Part shown: in pieces, positions 50,523-59,315 of the stretch | Layout of the letters: every line of letters starts with the position of its first letter | Numbering within the stretch: the first letter of the stretch is position 1 | DNA from: an uncultured Thermoleophilaceae bacterium | GTDB lineage: Bacteria; Actinomycetota; Thermoleophilia; Solirubrobacterales; Thermoleophilaceae | Assembly (NCBI GenBank): GCA_963808105.1 | Contig: CAWEEH010000001.1 | Coordinates: 39,082 to 103,081, forward strand | Direction: 5' to 3' | DNA: 64,000 nucleotides | Position numbers and translations under genes: made by a program | The notes under the pieces: generated by a model | The model's input: only the letters and a program-made list of their open reading frames with translations | The model's database searches: none | What the model was told of the DNA's origin: nothing

Positions 50523-51127
50523 GCGACACGGCTCCCGCGAGAGGCCCCGGCCGGCCCTCCTCGGGCGCGCGCGAGCGCGTGCTCGAAGCGGGGCTCGAGG
50601 TGCTCAAGGCCGACGGCTACGCGGGCCTCACCACCGCAAAGGTGGCAGCCCGCTCGGGTCAGAACAAGGCGCTGATCTCCTACCACTTCGGCTCCAAGCA
50701 GGGCCTGGTGGCGGCGGTGGGCCACGAGGTGTCCGAGGCGATCACCGAGGAGCTGCTCGGCGGCATCGAGGATCGCAGCCAGGTGGAGGGCATCGTGCGC
50801 GGCGCCGTGGAGGGGCTGGGGCGGCTGATGGATCGCGACGAGCGCCTGGCCCGGCTCTACTTCGACCTCACCGCGGTGTCCGTCGTGGAGCCCGAGGTGC
50901 GCAAGGTGATGAGCGAGATGAAGGCTGGCTGGCGGACGCTGCTAGCGGCGGTGCTGGGCGACGCCGACGACGGCCCTCCGCCCAAGCGCGCGGAATCGGG
51001 CGCGGTGTTCGTGCTCGCGGGACTCGACGGCCTTGCGCTGGAGCGCCTGAGCACCGGCGAGACGCCGGCTCTGGCGGCGGCACAGACGATGTTCGTAAAG
51101 GCTGCGGCGGCCGCTCTCACCCGCTAG
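50519..51127 (+). CDS. TetR/AcrR family transcriptional regulator
   Basis: TTG overlaps the upstream stop as TTGA. HTH region is GYAGLTTAKVAARSGQNKALISYHFGSKQGL. Confidence 0.8.
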   Translation: MSDTAPARGPGRPSSGARERVLEAGLEVLKADGYAGLTTAKVAARSGQNKALISYHFGSKQGLVAAVGHEVSEAITEELLGGIEDRSQVEGIVRGAVEGLGRLMDRDERLARLYFDLTAVSVVEPEVRKVMSEMKAGWRTLLAAVLGDADDGPPPKRAESGAVFVLAGLDGLALERLSTGETPALAAAQTMFVKAAAAALTR

Positions 51128-51137
51128 CGTCGCGCCG

Positions 51138-51719
51138 GTGAGCGACCAGCAGCAGCGCGACCCGCGTTTCGACGGCCTCCGGATCGTCCTCGGCCTGGCC
51201 GGGGTGATGTGGGTCCTCGAGGTGATCGACCAGCTCGCCGACAACCGGCTGGACCAGTACGGCATAGAGCCCCGCGACGTCGACGGCCTGATCGGCGTCG
51301 CCGCCGCGCCCTTCCTGCACGGCGGCTTCGATCACCTCGTCGGCAACACCGTGCCGTTCCTGCTGATGGGGTTCGTGATCGCGGCGCAGGGAGCCGCCCG
51401 GGTCGTCTCCGTGACGGTGATCGTCGCGCTCATCAGCGGCCTCGGTACATGGCTGATCGCGCCTGAGCACACGATCCACATAGGCGCCAGCGGGATCGTG
51501 TTCGGCTACGCGAGCTATCTGATCAGCCGTGGCTTCTTCAACCGGAACGCACTCGAGCTCGCGGTCGGAGCGATCGTGGCCTTCGTCTACGGCAGCGCGC
51601 TGCTCGGCGGGCTCGTGCCCCAGGACGGCGTGTCGTGGCAAGGCCACTTCTTCGGCGCCGTGGGCGGCGTGGTCGCCGCCCGCACACTCTCCACGAGGTC
51701 TACCGCCGAGGAACGGTGA
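51138..51719 (+). CDS. rhomboid-family intramembrane serine protease
   Basis: Motifs FLHGGFDHLVGNTVPFLLMG and GASGIVFGY (catalytic Ser), plus a later His in a TM segment. Confidence 0.75.
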   Translation: MSDQQQRDPRFDGLRIVLGLAGVMWVLEVIDQLADNRLDQYGIEPRDVDGLIGVAAAPFLHGGFDHLVGNTVPFLLMGFVIAAQGAARVVSVTVIVALISGLGTWLIAPEHTIHIGASGIVFGYASYLISRGFFNRNALELAVGAIVAFVYGSALLGGLVPQDGVSWQGHFFGAVGGVVAARTLSTRSTAEER

Positions 51720-52308
51720 TGCGCCTGGAGATGGGCTTCGCGGCGTTGCCCTCGAGATCGGTCACCTCGAGCCTCAGGCGGTAGCGGCCCGCCCTCAGGG
51801 CCCGCGGCTTGATCAGCACCGAGCGCGTGCCCTGGCGCAGGACCTTGGTCCGGATCGTCTTCACAACCTTCCCGGCGCGGGTGAGGCTGGCCCTGGCCCT
51901 GGCCTCCTCGGAGACCCTGAAGGACAAGCGCACGCTCTTGCGCCCGCGCCTCACGGTCACACGGCTCACCGTGGGATCCACGGTGTCGTCGCCCACCTGC
52001 ACGACGCCGTCCATCAACCCGGGGTGGATCACGCAGAAGTAGCGGTAGCGGCCCGGAGTCGTGAAAGTGAACGAGTAGGTGGCTCCGGGCTCCCGATCGC
52101 CGGAATCGAACGCCGCGGGGGCGCCGCGCCTCGACGTGATCGTGTGAGGCGAGCCGTCGAGGAGCCGCCATGTGACCGCCTCGCTCGGATTCACCTTCAC
52201 CCGGTAGGCGCGGTAGAAGAAGTCGCCCACGTCGACTCTCGCTGGGGCAGCCTGCGCCGGCGCCGCCGCCAGAAGGCCGACCAGGGCAAACAGGCAGAGC
52301 AGGGGCAT
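51700..52308 (-). CDS. secreted cupredoxin-domain protein with a C-terminal Ig-like (FlgD-Ig-like) module
   Basis: ATG at 52308, then a signal peptide. Motifs FFYRAY...VTW...GSPHTITS and YFCVIHPGLMDG (Cu ligands). The tail reads LRAGRYRLRLEVTDLEGNAAKP...VPRR. Confidence 0.6.
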   Translation of the reverse strand: MPLLCLFALVGLLAAAPAQAAPARVDVGDFFYRAYRVKVNPSEAVTWRLLDGSPHTITSRRGAPAAFDSGDREPGATYSFTFTTPGRYRYFCVIHPGLMDGVVQVGDDTVDPTVSRVTVRRGRKSVRLSFRVSEEARARASLTRAGKVVKTIRTKVLRQGTRSVLIKPRALRAGRYRLRLEVTDLEGNAAKPISRRITVPRR

Positions 52309-52327
52309 CTCCACGAACCGTAGCGGG

Positions 52328-52804
52328 ATGGTGGACAATGCCCGCGTGCGTGTCTCGGCCAAGGCGGACTATGCGGTGCGGGCAGCGGTCGAGCTTGCCA
52401 CCGCCAAGAACGGCGACCTCGTCAAGGGCGACCAGGTGGCCGAGGCTCAGGCGATCCCGATCAAGTTCCTCGAGAACATCCTCGTGGACCTGCGCCAGGC
52501 TGGAATCGTGAACAGCCGCCGCGGACCCGAGGGCGGCTACTGGCTCGCACGCCCCGCGGACGAGGTCACCGTGGCCGACGTGATGCGCGCCGCCGAGGGT
52601 CCCCTCGCGAGTGTCCGCGGTGAGAAGCCCGAGGATCTGGGCTACGCCGGGTCGGCCGAACCGCTGCGCGACGTGTGGGTGGCGCTGCGTGCGGGTTTGC
52701 GCGACGTGCTGGAGCACGTGACGCTCGCGCAGATCGCCGAGGGCAAGCTGCCGAAGGCCGTCACGGGACGGACGCGCAACCCGGGGGCTTGGGAGCGCCG
52801 TTAG
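52328..52804 (+). CDS. Rrf2-family transcriptional regulator
   Basis: VSAKADYAVRAAVELA and IPIKFLENILVDLRQAGIVNSRRGPEGGYWLARP form the typical winged HTH. Confidence 0.8.
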   Translation: MVDNARVRVSAKADYAVRAAVELATAKNGDLVKGDQVAEAQAIPIKFLENILVDLRQAGIVNSRRGPEGGYWLARPADEVTVADVMRAAEGPLASVRGEKPEDLGYAGSAEPLRDVWVALRAGLRDVLEHVTLAQIAEGKLPKAVTGRTRNPGAWERR

Positions 52805-52821
52805 CGGTATCGCCCGATCGG

Positions 52822-54270
52822 GTGTACGTTGGGCACATCCCCCGACATACCGCACGGGCCGCTCTGAGGGTCGCGGTCTCCGTAGCGATGATGGCCGCCG
52901 CCGCGCCGGCAGCGGCCTCGACGACGGTGGGTAGTCCGAATCTGTCCTCGCCCAGCACTGGCGATCTCTCCTGCGGCTCCTACCCGTGCGTGCTCGTGCT
53001 GGACAAGGTCGACGGTGACGATGTCGGAACACCGAAGGGCGTAATTACTTCCTGGTCGGTCCGCAACGCCACCGGCACGATCGCGCTGCGCGTGCTGCGC
53101 TCGCGCCCGGGCGAGTTCGTCGCCGACGAGCTCCACGCCACCAACATCAGCGAGTCCGCCGACGCAACGGGCAGCGGGACGGACATCGAGGAGAGCACCG
53201 CCGCACACCAGCCCGTCGCGAACGGGGACTACATAGGCATCACGCTGGTCGGCTCGGCGTCCATCGGCTACACGAGCGGGGCGGGCGACCAGCTGTTCGA
53301 GGTGGACGGGGACCTGAACCAGGTCGAAGTTGACACCGACGTACCCGAGAACTACGAAGCCCTCATCTCGGCAAACGTCGAGCCCGACGCGGACAACGAC
53401 GGCTACGGCGACGAGACCGAGGACGGCTGCCCGTCCAACGGCTCCACCCACGGCGCCTGTCCCGTCGCCAAGACGCCGTTCGTCCCGCCGTTCGTCCGGC
53501 CGTTCGTCGCGCCGGCCACCGCCGCGACGAGGAAGGTGTCCGTCGGGTCGCGCTCCGCCACGCTCAAGCGCGGCAAGGCCGCGATCACGCTGAAGAACGC
53601 GAACGCCGTCGGCGTGAAGGGCAAGCTCAAGCTCAAGCTCGGCAAGAAGGTGGTCGGCTCAGGGTCCTACACGCTCGGTGCAGGCGCTACTAAGACCCTC
53701 AAAGTCAAGCTCGCCAAGGCCGCCCGCAAGCGGATCGCCAAGCGCGGCAAGGTGAAGCTGTCACTCGGCCTGACAGCGAAGGGAGCCACGGGCAAGACCT
53801 TCAAGACGACCTCCAAGCTCACGGTCAAGAAGGCGAAGAAGGCCAAGAAGAAGAAGCGGAAGAAGGCCAAGCCGAAGCCGCCGCAGGTCGATCCCGGCAG
53901 CCTCCTCGACGGGAAATACACGGGCACATTTGGTGGTGACCACGATGTCGCATTCACGGTCGTGAACAAGGGCCGCACGATCGTGAACCTCACGGGCTAC
54001 TTCGGACATACCTGCTACGTGTACGACCCAAACCTCGGCCGTCACGACCGCGTGTTCTTCGCTTTCTACCTGCGGATCTCATCGATGGCCGTCGCGGCCG
54101 ACGGTACGTTCGCCGGCTCTCAGACGGTGCACAATTCCACAGGTCGACCTACCACAACCGAGATCATCAACGGAAAGCTCGCCGGCGGACGCGCGACGGG
54201 CGATGCCAAGCTCACGGAGCCCGAGTGCACCGCCACGAGAGCGTTCCAAGCAGTCCGGACGGGGCCATGA
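52822..54270 (+). CDS. secreted hypothetical protein, paralogue A (beta-rich N-domain, TSP3-like DADNDGYGDETED motif, Ig-like Lys-rich segment, poly-Lys linker, Cys-containing C-domain)
   Basis: GTG at 52822 in the frame of ORF 52675..54270. Signal-like region is RAALRVAVSVAMMAAAAPAAAS. Coding-like GC3 throughout. Confidence 0.55.
   Translation: MYVGHIPRHTARAALRVAVSVAMMAAAAPAAASTTVGSPNLSSPSTGDLSCGSYPCVLVLDKVDGDDVGTPKGVITSWSVRNATGTIALRVLRSRPGEFVADELHATNISESADATGSGTDIEESTAAHQPVANGDYIGITLVGSASIGYTSGAGDQLFEVDGDLNQVEVDTDVPENYEALISANVEPDADNDGYGDETEDGCPSNGSTHGACPVAKTPFVPPFVRPFVAPATAATRKVSVGSRSATLKRGKAAITLKNANAVGVKGKLKLKLGKKVVGSGSYTLGAGATKTLKVKLAKAARKRIAKRGKVKLSLGLTAKGATGKTFKTTSKLTVKKAKKAKKKKRKKAKPKPPQVDPGSLLDGKYTGTFGGDHDVAFTVVNKGRTIVNLTGYFGHTCYVYDPNLGRHDRVFFAFYLRISSMAVAADGTFAGSQTVHNSTGRPTTTEIINGKLAGGRATGDAKLTEPECTATRAFQAVRTGP
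52912..53865 (+). repeat. direct repeat copy 1 (~954 bp)
   Basis: Aligns with 54329-55282 at a constant offset of 1417 nt. I saw a single mismatch (53466 c versus 54883 g). Secondary ORFs in both copies translate identically. Confidence 0.85.
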
Positions 54271-55666
54271 CAGCGAGGGCGGCTGCGATCGTGACCCTGC
54301 TCGCGCTCGGCGCCGCCGCGTCGCCGGCGCGGCCTCGACGACGGTGGGTAGTCCGAATCTGTCCTCGCCCAGCACTGGCGATCTCTCCTGCGGCTCCTAC
54401 CCGTGCGTGCTCGTGCTGGACAAGGTCGACGGTGACGATGTCGGAACACCGAAGGGCGTAATTACTTCCTGGTCGGTCCGCAACGCCACCGGCACGATCG
54501 CGCTGCGCGTGCTGCGCTCGCGCCCGGGCGAGTTCGTCGCCGACGAGCTCCACGCCACCAACATCAGCGAGTCCGCCGACGCAACGGGCAGCGGGACGGA
54601 CATCGAGGAGAGCACCGCCGCACACCAGCCCGTCGCGAACGGGGACTACATAGGCATCACGCTGGTCGGCTCGGCGTCCATCGGCTACACGAGCGGGGCG
54701 GGCGACCAGCTGTTCGAGGTGGACGGGGACCTGAACCAGGTCGAAGTTGACACCGACGTACCCGAGAACTACGAAGCCCTCATCTCGGCAAACGTCGAGC
54801 CCGACGCGGACAACGACGGCTACGGCGACGAGACCGAGGACGGCTGCCCGTCCAACGGCTCCACCCACGGCGCCTGTCCCGTGGCCAAGACGCCGTTCGT
54901 CCCGCCGTTCGTCCGGCCGTTCGTCGCGCCGGCCACCGCCGCGACGAGGAAGGTGTCCGTCGGGTCGCGCTCCGCCACGCTCAAGCGCGGCAAGGCCGCG
55001 ATCACGCTGAAGAACGCGAACGCCGTCGGCGTGAAGGGCAAGCTCAAGCTCAAGCTCGGCAAGAAGGTGGTCGGCTCAGGGTCCTACACGCTCGGTGCAG
55101 GCGCTACTAAGACCCTCAAAGTCAAGCTCGCCAAGGCCGCCCGCAAGCGGATCGCCAAGCGCGGCAAGGTGAAGCTGTCACTCGGCCTGACAGCGAAGGG
55201 AGCCACGGGCAAGACCTTCAAGACGACCTCCAAGCTCACGGTCAAGAAGGCGAAGAAGGCCAAGAAGAAGAAGCGGAAGAAGCGCAAGAAGAGCGACGGA
55301 GGCGGAGGCGGGGGCAGCCCCCTCGACGGCACGTACGAGAAGGACCCGAGCAGTGCCCAGAGCATCCGCTTCACCGTTACGGGCGGCGGCCGCAAGATCG
55401 AGAACCTCACGGGCAGCGTGAGCGCCTACTGTGTTACGGGCATCCCCGGGCAAGGGTTCAATGGCGAGCTCCGCTCCCACCTCGTCGGGATCGAATCGCT
55501 CGATGTGGCGGCCGACGGCAGCTTCTCGGGCTCTCAGAAGCTCAGCGACACCACGACCACGATCGAGAACGGAAAGCTCGCCGGCGGGATCGCCACCGGC
55601 ACCGTGAAGGTGAAGAGCCCCGGCTGCACGGGCTCGGGGACCTTCAAGTCCCGCCGCGTCGGCTGA
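54267..55666 (+). CDS. secreted hypothetical protein, paralogue B. Frame broken by a 1-nt deletion in the signal-peptide region (between 54328 and 54329).
   Basis: The ATG overlaps the stop of paralogue A as ATGA and gives MTARAAAIVTLLALGAAASPA. The mature part is in the frame of ORF 54203..55666. Copy A reads ccggcagcggcc where copy B reads ccggcgcggcc. Confidence 0.5.
54329..55282 (+). repeat. direct repeat copy 2 (~954 bp)
   Basis: See copy 1. Identity ends inside the aagaagaagaagcggaagaag (poly-Lys) tract. Confidence 0.85.
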
Positions 55667-55670
55667 GTAG

Positions 55671-56639
55671 CTAGCCCGCGGTCGCATTCGGGTCGAAGCT
55701 GCGCCCGGCGTCCTTGCGCAGGTACACGATCTGACCGGACTCCAGCTCCAGCTCCTCGGCGCGCGTGCGCGTGGTCTGAACCCAGATCTGGTCGCCGTCG
55801 CCGAGCGTGAGCTCCACCCGGACCTCGAAGCCGAGATAGACCACGCGCTCGATCTGCGCCTCCTGGGTGGAGCCGTTCGGTGAGGTGAGGATCTCGAAGT
55901 CGTGTGGGCGGACCAGCTCCTCGCCCAGCCGGTTGACCTCGCCGACGAAGCTCATCACGAACTCGTTCGACGGGGCCTCGTAGAGCTCGCGGGGAGCGCC
56001 CACCTGCTCGATCTTGCCCTGGTTCATCACCACGATCTGGTCGGAGATGTCCATCGCCTCCTCCTGATCGTGAGTCACGAAGAGCGTGGTCACGTGCACG
56101 TCGTCGTGGAGCCGGCGGAGCCACTGGCGCAGCTCCTTGCGCACGGTGGCGTCGAGCGCGCCGAAGGGCTCGTCCAGCAGCAGTACCTGGGGCTCCACCG
56201 CGAGCGCGCGGGCGAGCGCCATGCGCTGGCGCTGGCCGCCGCTGAGCTGGGACGGATAACGGCCCTGGTAGCCGCTCAGGCCGACGATCTCCAGCAGCTC
56301 GTCCACGCGCCGGGCGACCTCCTCCTTCGGCCGCTTGCGGATCGTGAGCCCGAACGCCACGTTGTCGCGCACGGTCATGTGCTTGAACGCCGCGTAGTGC
56401 TGGAACACGAACCCGATGCCGCGCTCCTGGGGCGGGACGCCGGTCACATCGTCGTCGCCGAGCATCACGGTGCCCACGTCCGGCGGCTCGAGCCCGGCGA
56501 TGATGCGCAGCAGCGTCGACTTGCCCGAGCCCGACGGCCCCAGCAGCGCGGTGAGCGAGCCGGGCTCCACGCGCACGCTCACGTCGTCGAGCGCCGTGAA
56601 GTCGCCGTAGTTCTTGGATATGCCGGTGGCTGAGATCAC
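55671..56639 (-). CDS. cysA: sulfate/thiosulfate ABC transporter ATP-binding protein
   Basis: GTG at 56639 overlaps the cysW stop as GTGA. Walker [10 protein letters not shown], signature LSGGQRQR and Walker B LLLDEPF. The C-terminal regulatory domain is typical of CysA. Confidence 0.85.
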   Translation of the reverse strand: MISATGISKNYGDFTALDDVSVRVEPGSLTALLGPSGSGKSTLLRIIAGLEPPDVGTVMLGDDDVTGVPPQERGIGFVFQHYAAFKHMTVRDNVAFGLTIRKRPKEEVARRVDELLEIVGLSGYQGRYPSQLSGGQRQRMALARALAVEPQVLLLDEPFGALDATVRKELRQWLRRLHDDVHVTTLFVTHDQEEAMDISDQIVVMNQGKIEQVGAPRELYEAPSNEFVMSFVGEVNRLGEELVRPHDFEILTSPNGSTQEAQIERVVYLGFEVRVELTLGDGDQIWVQTTRTRAEELELESGQIVYLRKDAGRSFDPNATAG

Positions 56640-57412
56640 GACAGCTCCTTGCGCCGGTTCACCAGCACCATCCCCGCGAGCGTCACGAGGGCGATCAGGG
56701 CGAGAAGGGTAGACGCCGCGTAGGCGCCCGCGAGGTCGAAGTTCTGGAACCGCTTCTCCACGAGCAGCGTCAGCGTCTCGGTCTCGCCCGAGACCTTGCC
56801 CGACACCACGCTCACGGCGCCGAATTCGCCGATCGCACGGGCGGTCGACAGGACGATGCCGTACACCAGCCCCCACCGGATCGCGGGCAGGGTGATCCGC
56901 CAGAACGCCTGCCAGCGCGACGCGCCCAGGGTGGCGGCGGCCTGCTCCTGGTCCTCGCCCACCTCGCGAAGCACGGGCGCGACCTCGCGGACCACGAACG
57001 GCAGGGTCACGAAGATCGTGGCCAGCAGGATCCCCGGAAAGCTGAACAGGATCTGGATCCCGGCGTTCGTGAGCTCGTCGCCGAACCACCCCTCACGCCC
57101 GTACAGCAGGATCAGCGACAAGCCGACCACGACGGGCGAGATCGCGAACGGCAGGTCGATCAGCGCCTCGATCACCCGGCGGCCGGGAACCTTGCCCCGG
57201 ACGAGGGCGAGAGCGGTGATCACGCCGAAGGCGGCGTTCAGGGGAACCGCCACCGCGGTGACCTTGATCGTGAGCCAGAAGGCGCTGATCGCGGCGGGCG
57301 TCGTGATGCTGTCGATCACCGAGGCCAGCCCCGGCTCGAAGGTCTTGTAGGCGATCACCGCGACAGGGGCGAGCAGCACCGCCCCGAGGTAAACCAGCGC
57401 GACGGCCCGCAT
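56636..57412 (-). CDS. cysW: sulfate ABC transporter permease
   Basis: ATG at 57412. EAA-type loop [24 protein letters not shown]. The ORF-track fusion with cysT is an artefact of read-through in an alternative frame. Confidence 0.8.
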   Translation of the reverse strand: MRAVALVYLGAVLLAPVAVIAYKTFEPGLASVIDSITTPAAISAFWLTIKVTAVAVPLNAAFGVITALALVRGKVPGRRVIEALIDLPFAISPVVVGLSLILLYGREGWFGDELTNAGIQILFSFPGILLATIFVTLPFVVREVAPVLREVGEDQEQAAATLGASRWQAFWRITLPAIRWGLVYGIVLSTARAIGEFGAVSVVSGKVSGETETLTLLVEKRFQNFDLAGAYAASTLLALIALVTLAGMVLVNRRKELS

Positions 57413-57414
57413 GG

Positions 57415-58234
57415 TCAACCGGCCCACCGCGACCCCCTCCCCTCGATGAAGCGCAGCGCCACGAGCACCACGAGCGACAGCAGGAGCAGCACCACGGACA
57501 CGCTCGCGGCGCCGGTGATGTTGTCGGACTCGAGCTGCTTGTAGGCGTAGACCGACGAGACCTGGGTGTCGAACGGCTTGTTGCCGGAGATCAGCACGAT
57601 CGAGCCGAACTCGCCCACGGCGCGCGCGAACGCGAGCGCCGCGCCGGACACGATCGCCGGGATCAGGTTGGGCAGCACGATCCGCCTGAACGTCGTGAGC
57701 TTGTGAGGCGCCCAGCGAGTAGGCGGCCTGCTCCATCTCACGGTCCAGCTCGATCAGCACCGGCTGCACTGCGCGGACCACGAACGGCAGGGTCACGAAC
57801 AGCATCGCCAGCAGCACGGCCTCCTTCTTGAACGCGATCGCATCCCCATAGAGGGCGAGCAGGGTGAGGCCCGCGACGATCGTCGGCAGCGCGAAGGGCA
57901 GGTCGATGACGGCGTTCACCGCGCGCTTGCCGCGGAAGTCGTCGCGCACCAGCACCCAGGCGATCAGGGTGCCCATCACCACGTTGATGCCGGTCACGAG
58001 CAGCGAGATGCCGAGCGTGAAGCGCAGAGCGGCCACGGCCTGACGGCCGCTCACCGAGTTCCAGAAGGACTCGAACCCGTCCTGGAAGGACCGGTCGATC
58101 ACCGCGGCGAGCGGCAGTAACACGATGATGCTCAGCCACAGCGTCGCGACGCCGAGGCCGAGCGCGCCCACGCCGCCGAACCCCGCTGGGGCCCGGCGGC
58201 GCTGGCGCTGCAGGGGTACGGACAGCCCGCTCAC
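57415..58234 (-). CDS. cysT: sulfate ABC transporter permease. One frame break as assembled (+1 at about 57706).
   Basis: ...EMEQAAYSLGA joins HKLTTFRRIVLPNLIPAIVSG (ORF 57415..57741). Length is 3n+1. Confidence 0.8.
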
Positions 58235-59241
58235 TGAGCGGTGGAAACCCCCGCGTCCTCTTCGATCTTGGCGATCGAGCCGTTCTCGGGATCGAACAGC
58301 TCCTTGTTGACCTTCGACCAGCCGCCGAGGTCAGTGATCGTGGTGACCTTGGGCGGGTTCGGGAACTGGTCCTTGGTCCGCTCGGCCACCTCGGGATCGA
58401 CCGGGCGGTAGCCCCAGCCCACGAACTTCTCCTGGCCCTCGGGCCCGAGCACGTAGTCGATGAACGCCTTCGCGCCTGTCGCTGCGTCCTTGGTCTGGGC
58501 GATGTTGATCTCGATCTCCACCGTGCTGTCCTCAGGACGCACGAGCTCGATCTCGTCCTCGCCCTTCTTGATGGCCGTCGTGGCCTCGTACTCGTACGAG
58601 AGCAGCACGTCGCCCTCGCCGCCCGTGAACGTCTGGAGCGCCTCGCGGCCCGACTTGGGCTGGACGGACACGTTGTCCTTGATCAGCTTCTCCACGTAAT
58701 CGAGGCCGCCGTGCGCGTACGCGCCCAGCAGGTTCCACTTCGCGGCGCCCGAGGTGAACGGGTTCGGCGTCACGACCTTCACGCCCGGCTTCACCAGGTC
58801 GTCCCAGGTCTTGATCTTCTTCGGGTTGCCCTTGCGGACGATGAACGACACGATCGACTTGGACACCAGGCCCTTGGTCGACGTGGCGCTCTTCCACCCC
58901 TTGTCCACCAGGCCGGCCTCGACCAGGCGCTCGGTGTCGGGCTCGATCGAGAACGAGACGACGTCGGCCTTCAGGCCGCCCTCGACCGCGCGGCTCTGCT
59001 CGCCGGACGCGCCGAACGACGTCTTGAAGCCCACGGTCTTGCCCCCAGAGGTGTTCCTGAACCCGGGGATGATCTCGTCGTAGACCACCTCCGGCGTCGA
59101 GTAGGCGACCAGGGAGAGCGTGGTCTTCGCGCCCGCCGGCCCTGCGTCTGCCTCGTCCTTGCTGTCCTCCGACCCGCCGCAACCGGCAACCACGAGGGCC
59201 ACGAGGACTGCTGGCAGGGCACCGATGCGAATCCAGTTCAT
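58231..59241 (-). CDS. cysP: sulfate ABC transporter substrate-binding lipoprotein
   Basis: ATG at 59241 lies 5 nt after GGAG. Lipobox VVAGCGG. Motifs LVAYSTPEVVYDEIIPGF and GDVLLSYEYEA are typical of Sbp/CysP. Confidence 0.8.
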   Translation of the reverse strand: MNWIRIGALPAVLVALVVAGCGGSEDSKDEADAGPAGAKTTLSLVAYSTPEVVYDEIIPGFRNTSGGKTVGFKTSFGASGEQSRAVEGGLKADVVSFSIEPDTERLVEAGLVDKGWKSATSTKGLVSKSIVSFIVRKGNPKKIKTWDDLVKPGVKVVTPNPFTSGAAKWNLLGAYAHGGLDYVEKLIKDNVSVQPKSGREALQTFTGGEGDVLLSYEYEATTAIKKGEDEIELVRPEDSTVEIEINIAQTKDAATGAKAFIDYVLGPEGQEKFVGWGYRPVDPEVAERTKDQFPNPPKVTTITDLGGWSKVNKELFDPENGSIAKIEEDAGVSTAQ

Positions 59242-59260
59242 CAATACTCCTCAATACTCC
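59241..59260. repeat. exact tandem duplication of a 10-mer containing the cysP Shine-Dalgarno sequence
   Basis: tcaatactcc tcaatactcc on the plus strand, which is GGAGTATTGA GGAGTATTGA followed by TG on the coding strand. Confidence 0.85.
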
Positions 59261-59315
59261 CGAAAGTTGGTGGGGTTTAGAAGGTTTGGAACCCTAGCAA
59301 GACGATAGGGAAAGT

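Noticed and set aside
56636-58234. A single 532-aa fused permease, as suggested by the ORF track.
   Set aside because: The middle ~100 aa are Arg-rich nonsense caused by the cysT frame break. The proper cysT C-terminus is in ORF 57415..57741, and cysW has its own ATG at 57412.
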